From an uncultured Verrucomicrobiae bacterium (GTDB lineage Bacteria; Verrucomicrobiota; Verrucomicrobiia; Chthoniobacterales; UBA10450), in NCBI GenBank assembly GCA_963834385.1, contig CAWIBO010000001.1:32001-96000 (forward strand): DNA of 64,000 bases. The letters are read 5' to 3'. The notes below the pieces were generated by a model. It did not search any database, was not told the DNA's origin, and was given only the letters and a program-made list of their open reading frames with translations. Within the stretch, counting starts at the first letter, position 1. Each line of letters opens with the position of its first letter. This document shows, piece after piece, positions 20,322-29,673 of the stretch. A program made the position numbers and the translations under genes.

Positions 20322-21470
20322 ATGCCCGATACCCCTTCCCCTGCCGTTCCCTGGACGCGACAAAATCCCTACCCGGCCCGCCTCGTCGTCAACCGCCGCC
20401 TTAACACCGACGAATCGGAGAAGGACACGCGCCATTTCGAGCTCGACCTGAAGGATTGGGGCCTGAATTACGACGTCGGCGATTCCATGGCGGTCTATCC
20501 GACGAACGATCCCGCGTTGGTCGAAGAGATCATCACCGCCCTCGGCGCTTCCGGTGACGAGGAAGTGCCCGGCAAAACCCAGCCGGCGCCGTTGCGGCAG
20601 GCGCTCCTCAGGGATTATCGCATCACGCAAACAACCCCGAAGTTTCTCAAGGCCATCGCCGAGCGCGCCTCCGCCGCGCCCCTCCTCCAGGAACTGTTGG
20701 AACCGGAACGGAAACAGGACCTCGACACCTACCTCTGGGGCCTCGAGGTCATCGATTTTCTGGTCGAACATCCGTCCGCCAAATTCGCGCCCGAGGAATT
20801 CGTCGGGCTCATGCAAAAACTGCAGCCCCGCCTCTATTCCATCGCCTCCAGCGCAAAAGCCTTTCCCGAGCAGGTCCATTTTACGATCGATATCGTCCGT
20901 TACGAGAGTCATGGCCGGCAGCGCAAGGGCGTCTGCTCCTCCTTTCTCGCGGAGCGTGCCGCCGATGTCGCGGTGCCGGTTTATCCGACGCCTTCAAAAC
21001 ATTTTCGGCTGCCCGACGATCCCGCCACCCCCATCATCATGATCGGGCCCGGGACAGGCATCGCCCCTTTCCGCGCCTTCCTGCAGGAACGCCGCGAGAT
21101 TGGCGCCCACGGGAAGGCCTGGCTTTTCTTCGGGGCGCAGCGCGAAAAATGCGATTACTTCTACAAGGAGGAATTCGAAATCCTGCAAAAGGACGGGTTC
21201 CTCACCAACCTGACCTGCGCCTTTTCGCGGGACCAGACGCACAAGGTCTATGTGCAGCATCGGATGAAGGAAAGCGCGGCCGAACTCTGGCGCTGGCTGT
21301 AGGAGGGCGCGCACTTTTACGTCTGCGGCGATGCCAAGCGCATGGCCAAGGATGTTGATGCCATGCTCAAGCAGATCGTGCAGAGCGAAGGCAGCCTGAC
21401 CCCCGAGCAGGCCAACGAGTACGTGGAAAAGCTGAAAGCCGAGAAGCGCTACAAACGCGACGTCTATTAA
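20322..21470 (+). CDS. CysJ-like FAD/NADPH oxidoreductase lacking the flavodoxin domain; in-frame TAG at 21300-21302
   Basis: PRLYSIASS, GVCSSFL, MIGPGTGIAPFRAF, AFSRDQ..KVYVQH; after the TAG the same frame continues EGAHFYVCGDAKRMAKDV…KRYKRDVY to TAA 21470. Confidence 0.88.
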
Positions 21471-23687
21471 GAGAGAGCTTTAGGCGCCCCCGCCATTCTC
21501 TCCCGAACCGCAGCCGCGGCCGCCACCAACATCACGCTCAGGCAGGCAAAAGCCGCCGCGCTCCCGGCCACCAGCCACCAGGGCCGATAAACGAGTTCCA
21601 GTCGGCCTGCGCTTCCCGCTGGCACTTCCAGCACCGGCGCCAGCCCGCGATAACTCCCCAGGGCAAGGCGCCGCCCATTCAGATACGCCCGGTATCCTTT
21701 AAAGTTTGGCCGGGAAAAAATGAGCAGCCCCGGCCGGTCTCCCGCCGGCACGGAGAGATCGACTCCCACGGATTGCCGGCCCGCCTCAACCCGGGTCACG
21801 CTGACCGGCGCAAAATTTTCTCCCGGGCGCGTCTCAATTTCCGTCAATGACCGGACCGCTCCCAGCGGCGCGCCCCGGCGATGATAAACCTTTCCCTCCC
21901 TGCTGAAATACACCAGACGCCATTCCTCCAGCGGCAGCGGCGCCATTTTGTAGGCATCCGCCACGATGATCCCATCGACCCCGAGCAGGGCCGGCCCGCT
22001 CTCCGGACCGCCGTGCCAGCGCAGAATCCATTCCGCTGTCGACGGATCGATTTCACCATGAATGGAAGCAGACAGGTCGGCGGCGACGCCCCCGGCCAGG
22101 ATGGGACTGTAGCCATTGAGGAAACGCAGGCCCGCCCAAAACGGCGTGCTCCCGGGACGAACCACCAGCCCGGTTTCACCTTCCGCGGCCCCAACTCGAT
22201 ACGCTTCTTCCGGCGGCGGATAGACGCTGAGATAAAGGCGAGCCGGGTCGAGCGGAGCCGGGTCCTTCAAGGCCGGACCAAAGGGATACTTGGGCACGCC
22301 CACATTGGTCGGAATGATCCAATAGACCGCCAGCAGACTGAGCAGGGTCACAACGGGGAAGGCCCAGAACCGCTGCTCCGGCCGCCACCGTTCCGCCGCG
22401 ACCCAGGCAAGGCCAATCGCGCCCAGGATCGCCGCCAGCGGCCAGTGATAAAGCGCGCCCGGATCAATCCACGCTCCAATAAAACCGATCAGGTTTACTG
22501 CCAAAACCGCCAGTGACGCCGGGGTCAGGAACCGCCACCGCCGGACAAAGCCGCTCTCCAGACATCTCGCTCGCCTGCAGGAAATGCGCGGCCGACATGG
22601 CCAGCACCAGATGAAAAAAGGGCAGCCAGCGAAAACTCCAGCGAAACACCCCGGCGCTCGGCAGGGTGGCGATCAGGGCGAGCAGGAGCAGCAGGCCGAT
22701 CTCCCAGCGGAAGCGCGAAACCAGCCGGCGCCCGTGCGCCAGCAGCGCCCAGATGATCATCGCCGGGACCGCGAGGCCGGTCGCCAGTTCCACCCCGGTG
22801 TGCGGACGTGATCGTCCCAGAAAATCAGTCCACGCCACGGTCCACGAAGGAAGAACCAAACCCGGCCACGCCGGGAGCGGCACGGTCCATGGCCAGTTCA
22901 AACCGGCGTGCGCGGCCCGGACCGATCCCTGCACATGATCAAAAAGCGCAAGCCAGGCCGGCGCGGAAAGCCCAAGCCCCAGCAGCGCGCCGGCGAGCAA
23001 CGGATAAACCGCAGCGAGCACACGGCCGCTTTCCCAGGCGCGGACGGCGAGCCAGAGATAAAGCACGCCCAGCATCAGGACCGTGTAAGGAAACCCGCCC
23101 GTGATCAGCAGATAGACAAAGGGCGCCGGCCAGAGAAACCGCCACCGCGACCCCCGGGATGCGAGCGCGCGTTCGCCCGCCCACCAGCACCAGGGCAGCC
23201 AGGCAAACGCGGCCAGCGCGCCGAACCAGTTTGTCGCGCCCCAGCAAACAATCCAGCCGTTGCCGGCCGCCACCAGCGCGACCAAAAGCGCGAACGGTTC
23301 CCTTAGCCCGCGGCTTCGCGCGAGCAGATAGCCGCCGGCGGCGAGCACTCCCAAATGGACCAGCGAAAGCGCCGCCGCCTGTTGCGGAAAGGAAAGCGGC
23401 AACTGCCAGAGCGCCACCACCACCGCATTCACAAAAAGACTGAACGTCCCAAACTGGTATTCGCCCGCCAGGTTTCCGCCCACCCATGAGGATGAGCTGA
23501 GCAATGGCCAGGTTCCTTCCGCCCAGCTCCGGGCGACGTCGGCGAACACCGGCAAAATCGAGATCGCGAAATCGTCGTTCCAGAAAAGCAGGGGATCGCG
23601 CCCATAAAGAATTCCCCAGAACAGCAGGACCACCCCCGCGGCGCCGGCGGCGCCGAGCCAGTCCCGCCGGGAAATCGGATCGGACAC
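21467..23687 (-). CDS. Large polytopic membrane protein, YfhO-like/GT-C glycosyltransferase candidate; frameshift at ~22550
   Basis: FWNDD motif after TM1, many TM helices, periplasmic domain with NGYSP, C-terminal ELVYRP+TM; two ORFs offset by one base. Confidence 0.65.
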
Positions 23688-23696
23688 GGGTGGCGC

Positions 23697-24656
23697 CTAG
23701 AGCACGACCGGCATGCCCTCGGTCATGATGACGAGCTTGTCCTCGATCGCGTGGGTCTGGGCGCTGGCGCGCAGCCGGGTAAGCGGCTCGTCCATCGGTT
23801 CGTAGCCCAGCCGGAAACTGCCGTAATGCATCGGCACCAGTTTGCTCGCGCGCAGTTCCTTGAAAGCCAGGATCGCTTCCTCCGGGTTCATGTGCACCTC
23901 GCGTCCGCTCGGCGGGTCGTAGGCGCCGATCGGGAGCAGGGCCAGCTCGACGTTGTAACGCTGACCGATCTCGCCAAACCCGTCGAAATAGGCGCTGTCG
24001 CCGCAGTGAAAAATCGAGCGTCCGGCCGTTTCGATCACGAACCCGCCGAAGCCGCGATGGCGATCAGCCAGGAACCGGGCCCCCCAGTGATGACACGGCG
24101 TGAGCGAAACGCGCAACCCTTCCAGCTCCACCTGCTGCCAGTGGTCCAGCTCGTGCACAATGTTGAACCCGAGGTCGTGCACCAGGTTGCCCACCCCGGT
24201 CGGGACAATGATCGGCTGGTCGGCGGCGACTTTGCGCAGGGTGCGCCGGTCGAGATGATCGAAATGCGCGTGAGTCACGAGCACGTAATCGATTTCGGGC
24301 AGATGATGAATTTCGAACCCCGGTTGTTTCAATCGCTTGATCACCTTGAGCCAGCGCGACCAGTTCGGATCGACCAAAATGTTCAGCTCGGAGGTTTGCA
24401 GCAGAAAGGAGGCGTGCCCGATCCAGGTCACGCAGACCTGACCCGGCTGCACCTCGGGGAACTGCGGCGGCTGCACCGGCTTGCGTTCCCCTTCCCGTTT
24501 CGTGAAAAGCGACGGGATCAGCACCTTGGTCAGGAAATTGCGCTTGTGCCAGTCCTGCCCCGGACGCAGCCCCACCCGTGTGCCCCCTTTCTCGGCGCCA
24601 TCTTTCCCCGGATTTTGGCGGACAATTTTTCGCTTCTTCGAAAAAGGAATCGGCAC
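23697..24656 (-). CDS. MBL-fold metallo-hydrolase (NAPE-PLD/RomA-like)
   Basis: TWIGHASFL, THAHFDHLD, GDSAY, LPIGAY, HMNPEEA, PMHYG; GTG start at 24656 assumed. Confidence 0.9.
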   Translation of the reverse strand: MPIPFSKKRKIVRQNPGKDGAEKGGTRVGLRPGQDWHKRNFLTKVLIPSLFTKREGERKPVQPPQFPEVQPGQVCVTWIGHASFLLQTSELNILVDPNWSRWLKVIKRLKQPGFEIHHLPEIDYVLVTHAHFDHLDRRTLRKVAADQPIIVPTGVGNLVHDLGFNIVHELDHWQQVELEGLRVSLTPCHHWGARFLADRHRGFGGFVIETAGRSIFHCGDSAYFDGFGEIGQRYNVELALLPIGAYDPPSGREVHMNPEEAILAFKELRASKLVPMHYGSFRLGYEPMDEPLTRLRASAQTHAIEDKLVIMTEGMPVVL

Positions 24657-24707
24657 GGTCGGCGAACGATATAAGCTGGGACCGGTGAAGCAACGTGTTT
24701 CGAGCCG

Positions 24708-25190
24708 GTGAACGCGGTCGAGGAAAAGCAGGCGCTGCGCCTCCGGATGCGCGCCGCCCTGCAGGAGCTGCCCGCGGCGGAGCGGGCCCGCGCCTCGGAA
24801 ATCATCTGCGCCCGGCTGGTCGCGCATCCCTGGTGGGAAACGGCCGAAAGTCTCCTCCTCTTTTCGCCGTTCGCCAGCGAACCCCAGATCGCGGCCGCCC
24901 AGGCCGCGGCGCTCGGGGCCGGAAAACGGGTCGCCCTCATTCCGCCCACGCTCCGGGACGAGACTGATCTCGAGTTGACTGAACTCCCGGAGCTGGTGCT
25001 CGTCCCGGGGCTCGCTTTTGACCGGGCGGGCCATCGCCTCGGGCGCGGCGGCGGATTCTACGACCGCTTCCTGGCGGGGCGCGGCCAGAGCGCGCGCAAG
25101 CTCGGTGTCTGTTTTGCCCTCCAGTTGCACGAGACCATCCCTTTCGAGGCGCATGACGCCGTCATGGACGGCGTCATCACCGAGGAGTGA
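24708..25190 (+). CDS. 5-formyltetrahydrofolate cyclo-ligase
   Basis: KQALR N-terminus, VPGLAFDRAGHRLGRGGGFYDRFL, EAHD..MD.VITE. Confidence 0.9.
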   Translation: MNAVEEKQALRLRMRAALQELPAAERARASEIICARLVAHPWWETAESLLLFSPFASEPQIAAAQAAALGAGKRVALIPPTLRDETDLELTELPELVLVPGLAFDRAGHRLGRGGGFYDRFLAGRGQSARKLGVCFALQLHETIPFEAHDAVMDGVITEE

Positions 25191-25207
25191 CCGGGCGCGA
25201 TCCGGGC

Positions 25208-25237
25208 AAAAAAAACGCGACCTCGAAAGGTCGCGTT
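25208..25237 (-). terminator. Intrinsic terminator (minus strand)
   Basis: AACGCGACCT-TTCG-AGGTCGCGTT stem-loop running into a T8 tract on the minus strand. Confidence 0.85.
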
Positions 25238-25298
25238 GCGAAAGCCGAAGGAACGTACCGTAACTTTATATATGTGTGAGTGACTTCCAGGCTCGCAC
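25208..25298 (-). ncRNA. Candidate ~90-nt sigma54-dependent small RNA
   Basis: Bounded by a -24/-12 motif (25309-25324) and a strong terminator; AU-rich core; only a 10-codon GTG ORF inside. Confidence 0.5.
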
Positions 25299-25308
25299 CT
25301 TCCTATTT

Positions 25309-25324
25309 AGCAGCCCCCATGCCA
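25309..25324 (-). promoter_or_regulatory. Putative sigma54 (-24/-12) promoter
   Basis: TGGCAT-GGGGG-CTGCT (GG-N10-GC); same TGGCAT-N5-CTGCTA pattern as upstream of the pilC-like gene. Confidence 0.6.
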
Positions 25325-25390
25325 CGACCCGCTTTGGTGGCATGTTTACCTGACTCCAACCCGTCTCGCCCGGTCTTCAAGCCGTTTTTG

Positions 25391-25464
25391 CCACAGATTC
25401 ACACGGATTAACACGGATGGAGATCACCCCGATCCGTGCTTCGTATACCCCCGTTCATCTGCGG
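25391..25464. repeat. REP-like element of ~10-bp CACGGATT units with inverted ATCCGTG/ATCTGCGG copies
   Basis: CCACAGATTCA-CACGGATTAA-CACGGATG … ATCCGTG … ATCTGCGG can fold into an imperfect hairpin. Confidence 0.5.
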
Positions 25465-25510
25465 ATTATCTTCCGGGACTTTGGGACACCGAGGGGTTAA
25501 CAATTCTCAG

Positions 25511-25975
25511 ATGGTAGCGGGAATACGGCGACCGTGGCTTCTTCTTCTGGCGCTGTTGTATGTTGGCCTCCTGGTTCTTGCCTTGCCGGAATGGCTGCTC
25601 TATCGCCGTTTAGCCTCGGTCGGAATTTCCACTTCAGGCGAGATCGTCGAGATCTTTGAAAGGAACCACAATGCCGTGCGATATCAGTTCACGGTGGCTG
25701 ATCGGCGCTATGAAGGTATCGGCATCCCGGGACTGGCGAGTCCGGAGGTGACGAGACGCATTGGAACCCAAGTGCCCGTCGTCTACCTGCCTGGCAATCC
25801 GGGGAAGTCGGTCATCGGCGATCCCGCGCAGCTGCGCGATTCCTGGTCGGGTCTGCTTTTCATTTTTGGACCTTTACTCCTGGCTTTCGCCGTCGGCGTG
25901 GCGCGAGCGAGGTTTCTTCATGCCCGGCAAGAAAGCGGTTCTCCCAACGAGAGAGCCCGTCCGGATAAGGTGTGA
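25511..25975 (+). CDS. DUF3592-like small membrane protein
   Basis: TM helix, T.GEIV…VRYQFTV..RRYEG…V.VVYLP.NP, second TM helix. Confidence 0.65.
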   Translation: MVAGIRRPWLLLLALLYVGLLVLALPEWLLYRRLASVGISTSGEIVEIFERNHNAVRYQFTVADRRYEGIGIPGLASPEVTRRIGTQVPVVYLPGNPGKSVIGDPAQLRDSWSGLLFIFGPLLLAFAVGVARARFLHARQESGSPNERARPDKV

Positions 25976-26087
25976 AGAGCAGTCATCAGACGTGGGCGAC
26001 CCGTTCCGCTCGCAAAGCCCGCGGAGCGAGCGTCTGCCGCTGGACGAGTTGCTCGCGTGGCCGGCCGCCGACGGGAACCGCCGGCCG

Positions 26088-26678
26088 CTAATTCTTCCAG
26101 TGTTTCGCGATGAAACCGGCCCGGCCGGAGCCGACCGCATACGCTTTGTAGTGCGCCGGATTCTTCTGGTAATATTTCTGATGATATTCTTCCGCCGGAT
26201 AAAAGGGCTGGGCCGCCAGGATCTCGGTCACAACCGGCTTATCGAACCGGCCGGAATCGCTCAGCTTCTTTTTTGATTCCTCCGCGATCTGCTTTTCCTC
26301 GGGCGACGCGAAATAGATCGCGGCCTGGTAACTGAGCCCGATATCGGCGAACTGCCCGTCGGCCTGGGTCGGGTTGATGTTGCGCCAGAAAATCTCCACC
26401 AGATCGGCATAGGAAATCTGCGCGGGATCGTAGGTTACCTCGATCACTTCGCGATGCTTCGTTTTGTGCCCGGAGACCTCGCCGTAATTGGCGTCCCCGG
26501 CCGCGCCGCCGGAATATCCGACGCGGGTGCTCAGGACCCCTTTGGCGGAATCGTAAGGCGGTTGCATGCACCAGAAACAGCCGCCCCCGAAAATCGCGGT
26601 CTTCTTCGTTTCCGTCTGCGCCTCGACGGAAATCACGGCCAGGGCGGCCAGCAAAAGCGCGGCAAAAAACTTTTTCAT
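26088..26678 (-). CDS. msrA: Peptide-methionine (S)-S-oxide reductase, exported
   Basis: FGGGCFWC, FYPAEEYHQKYY; signal peptide MKKFFAALLLAALAVISVEA. Confidence 0.95.
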   Translation of the reverse strand: MKKFFAALLLAALAVISVEAQTETKKTAIFGGGCFWCMQPPYDSAKGVLSTRVGYSGGAAGDANYGEVSGHKTKHREVIEVTYDPAQISYADLVEIFWRNINPTQADGQFADIGLSYQAAIYFASPEEKQIAEESKKKLSDSGRFDKPVVTEILAAQPFYPAEEYHQKYYQKNPAHYKAYAVGSGRAGFIAKHWKN

Positions 26679-26744
26679 GATGGAGATAAGACCGCCCGAC
26701 GGGAGTGGCTGTTGAAAACTTTTCCGGGTCCGGTTGGTTAGGGA

Positions 26745-27317
26745 ATGCCGGGCCTCTTCCTGGAGTCTTACGTGGAACCGATCGATCCGGTTGCGCTTTT
26801 CGGCCGGGACGCCCCGCTGGAGGTGGATCTCGGCTGCGGCGATGGCGCTTTTCTTGTCGCCCGCGCGCTGGAGGAACCGAGCCGTAATTTCCTGGGCGTG
26901 GAACGCATGCCGGGGCGCTTTGCCACCACCCAGCGCCGCCTCGACCGGAACCGGATTGCCCATGCCCGGGTTCTGCAGCTCGAAAGCGCCCAGGTCGTGC
27001 GCGATTTGCTGCCGCCCGGGTCGGTCACTCTTTTTCACCTTCTTTTCCCCGATCCCTGGCCAAAACGGCGGCACTGGCCGCGCCGGGTCGTGACCAGCGA
27101 TTTTCTCGAGGATCTCGCCCGCGCCCTGCAGCCGGGAGGCCGGATCAGGATTGTGACCGATGACGAAGCCTATTTTGGCGTGATTGCAGGGGAGATCCGG
27201 AAGACGGAGCGGGTCCGTCCGGGCGCGCTCGAACACGAGTTTCCAGTCACGACTTTCGAAAAGCGATTTCGGAGCCAGGGCATCATCCCGCGCCAGATCG
27301 TCCTGCAAAAGGCCTGA
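26745..27317 (+). CDS. trmB: tRNA (guanine-N7)-methyltransferase
   Basis: EVDLGCGDG, NFLGVE, FPDPWPKRRH, TD, TTFE. Confidence 0.93.
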   Translation: MPGLFLESYVEPIDPVALFGRDAPLEVDLGCGDGAFLVARALEEPSRNFLGVERMPGRFATTQRRLDRNRIAHARVLQLESAQVVRDLLPPGSVTLFHLLFPDPWPKRRHWPRRVVTSDFLEDLARALQPGGRIRIVTDDEAYFGVIAGEIRKTERVRPGALEHEFPVTTFEKRFRSQGIIPRQIVLQKA

Positions 27318-29618
27318 TCACGGCGCCGGGGCCGGACGCTCTTTCTCGAAAACCCTGCCGCTGAGATGGCCGCGCACCTGCCAGGCGGACGGCGTCACCA
27401 CGATCTGAACGGCGCCCTCCTCGTCCTGCCGGAACAATCGAATCCCGGCCCGCTGCACTTCCTCCACCCACTTATCCGGGAGCCGATCTTCCTCGGGAAA
27501 CGGGCGCGCCCCGGCGACGATTACCTCGGGCGCGACCGCCTCGAGAAAAGGCAAGGTCCCGGACGGATCGGCGTGATGCCGGCTCATCACGACCAGGTCG
27601 CTCCGCAGATCGATGCCTGACGCGAGCAACGCTTTCTCTGTTTTCTCGCCGCTGTCGGACATCAACAGGATGACGGTGGCCGGAGGGACCACGAGCTGGA
27701 CGACCATGGCCTGGTCATCCGCCGCCGTCGCCGGCAACTGTCCCGGCGAGGGATAAAGCAGGCGCACTTCGACGTTATCGCCGACGGACCAACGCCCTCC
27801 GGCCGGAGGGTCGACCGCAATTCCTCCGGCGCTGAACTCCTCCCGCAACGCGCGATGGACGCGGGAGCGGTCAGGAAGCGGATTATCCACGACGAGGCGT
27901 GGACGCAGCTCCCGCAGGAGGAGCGAGGCGCCGCCGAGGTGCTGCGCATCGCCATGCGAAAGGACAAGGCCATCAAGACGATTCACCCCACGACTGCGGA
28001 GGTAGGGCTGCAGGACGCGTTCGTAATCACGGCGGGACCCGGCATCGAAGAGCCAGTCCGCGCCGTTGCTCCGCAGATGGACGGCGCCGCCGGCGCCCAG
28101 GTCGAGCACGGTGATCTCGGCCACGGCCTCAACCGGCGGGGGCAGCGGGCCAACATAAAAATGACTGCCGGGGAGCGCGGCAAAAAAATGGACCAGCGCG
28201 AGCATGAGTTTGGCGATGACCCAGTTGGCATGGTTAAAGACGAGCGAAAGCCAGGTGAACACCGGCGCGCAAAGCAGCGAAAGCAGGCCGGCTGCGAGCA
28301 TGCCGTAGGCGAGTGGAACGACAAAAAGGTTGGCCAGGAGCGAGACCGGCGTGACCAGGTGATAGTTCGAATAAATCAACGGCAGCGAACCGAGCCACGC
28401 CGCCAGGGAGACGGAGAAGGCGCCGGCTGTCCAGACGACGGCCCCTTCGAGCGCCCGGCGCCAGCGCCCGTAAAGCGCCGGCGGCAGAAATTCGTCCTGC
28501 GCAAAAAGACGGCGCAACCACTGGAGGATCGGCCCGGCCAGGAGGATCAGCGCCGTGACCACGCAGAAGGAAAGCTGGAAGCCGACCGAGAAAAGTTCCT
28601 GTGTGTTCCAGGCCAGGACCAGGAACGCCACCGCGGCGAGAGTGTTCAGCGAATAAACGCGGCGTTCCACAAAAAGCCCCAGAAACACCACCGAGGTCAT
28701 CAGGGCGGCGCGCACACTGGCCGTGTTCAGCCCGGTAACCGCCGCATAGAACAGCAGCGCCGGAATGATCACGGCGATGCCGGCCGTGCGGGGAAGCCGG
28801 AGCAGGCGCGCCACCACCCAAAGAAGCAGGGCCAGGATTGCAACGTGCAGACCGGAAACGGAGAACAAATGGAGGGTGCCGGTTTTCTGGAAAGGTTCCT
28901 CGATGTCGTCGGGCGCGCGCTGCCGCGTCCCGAGCACGGTGGCGGTGATCAGCGCCTGCTCGGCCGATGCGCCCGCCAGATCGCGGGTGAGCACGCCTTC
29001 CATCCAGCGGCGCGACGCCTGCGCCGCGCGCAGAACATGATGGCCGGACGGTTCCGCCAAAACACTTCCATCCTCCTCGTAACGGGCGAAAAGCTGGCGG
29101 TGAATGTCGCGGCGCGCGAGATAGGCCCGCAGGTCAAATTCGCCCGGGTTCCGCGGTGGCGGCACGGGGCCAATCATGCCGCGCACCCGGATTTGTTCGC
29201 CAAAACGAGGAAGGCCGCGCCAACGCACGAAAATTTTGGCCCGGCTCGTGTGCACTTTCCCGCCGGCCTCGATCGTCCGCAGCGCGAGCACAAAGGTCGA
29301 GTAGGGCGAGGCCCCGGTGCGCGGCTCGGTCGCGACCGTTCCCACGACCGTCACCGGACGCGACCGCGGTCCCAGCATTTCCGCCAGGCGGAGGCCATCG
29401 GAGTCGAGCAAGCGGGCGCTGTGCATGAGATAAAAGCCGCCGGCGACAAAAAGAAATGTCAGCAGCGACCGGCGCGTCCACCAGGCCGCCACGCCCATGA
29501 GGAAAAACGGGGCCAGGAGAAGCGGCGCGACCGAGGGCCGGGCCTCCGCGACAAAGATGCCGGCGAGGGCGGCCAGGGCCAGGCCGACGAAAGGTTGCCG
29601 CGCGCCCGCCAGCTTCAT
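27318..29618 (-). CDS. comEC: ComEC/Rec2 competence protein
   Basis: RNPGEFD, GTLHLFSVSGLHV, SVRAALM, GFQLSF, C-terminal MBL domain (SHGDAQHLGG). Confidence 0.92.
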   Translation of the reverse strand: MKLAGARQPFVGLALAALAGIFVAEARPSVAPLLLAPFFLMGVAAWWTRRSLLTFLFVAGGFYLMHSARLLDSDGLRLAEMLGPRSRPVTVVGTVATEPRTGASPYSTFVLALRTIEAGGKVHTSRAKIFVRWRGLPRFGEQIRVRGMIGPVPPPRNPGEFDLRAYLARRDIHRQLFARYEEDGSVLAEPSGHHVLRAAQASRRWMEGVLTRDLAGASAEQALITATVLGTRQRAPDDIEEPFQKTGTLHLFSVSGLHVAILALLLWVVARLLRLPRTAGIAVIIPALLFYAAVTGLNTASVRAALMTSVVFLGLFVERRVYSLNTLAAVAFLVLAWNTQELFSVGFQLSFCVVTALILLAGPILQWLRRLFAQDEFLPPALYGRWRRALEGAVVWTAGAFSVSLAAWLGSLPLIYSNYHLVTPVSLLANLFVVPLAYGMLAAGLLSLLCAPVFTWLSLVFNHANWVIAKLMLALVHFFAALPGSHFYVGPLPPPVEAVAEITVLDLGAGGAVHLRSNGADWLFDAGSRRDYERVLQPYLRSRGVNRLDGLVLSHGDAQHLGGASLLLRELRPRLVVDNPLPDRSRVHRALREEFSAGGIAVDPPAGGRWSVGDNVEVRLLYPSPGQLPATAADDQAMVVQLVVPPATVILLMSDSGEKTEKALLASGIDLRSDLVVMSRHHADPSGTLPFLEAVAPEVIVAGARPFPEEDRLPDKWVEEVQRAGIRLFRQDEEGAVQIVVTPSAWQVRGHLSGRVFEKERPAPAP

Positions 29619-29673
29619 GCGGGCGCATCATAGCGAGAACGCCCGGGTTCCGGTAGCGATTAAGCGCGGATGA

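Noticed and set aside
21300..21302. Amber recoding (pyrrolysine or alternative genetic code)
   Set aside because: TAG is an ordinary stop for many genes here (e.g. 448, 14700, 51984) and no pyl genes are visible; a single error or mutation is simpler
25200..25440. 6S RNA next to the 5-formyl-THF cyclo-ligase gene
   Set aside because: It lies downstream and antisense, is only ~90 nt, and has no long rod-like duplex
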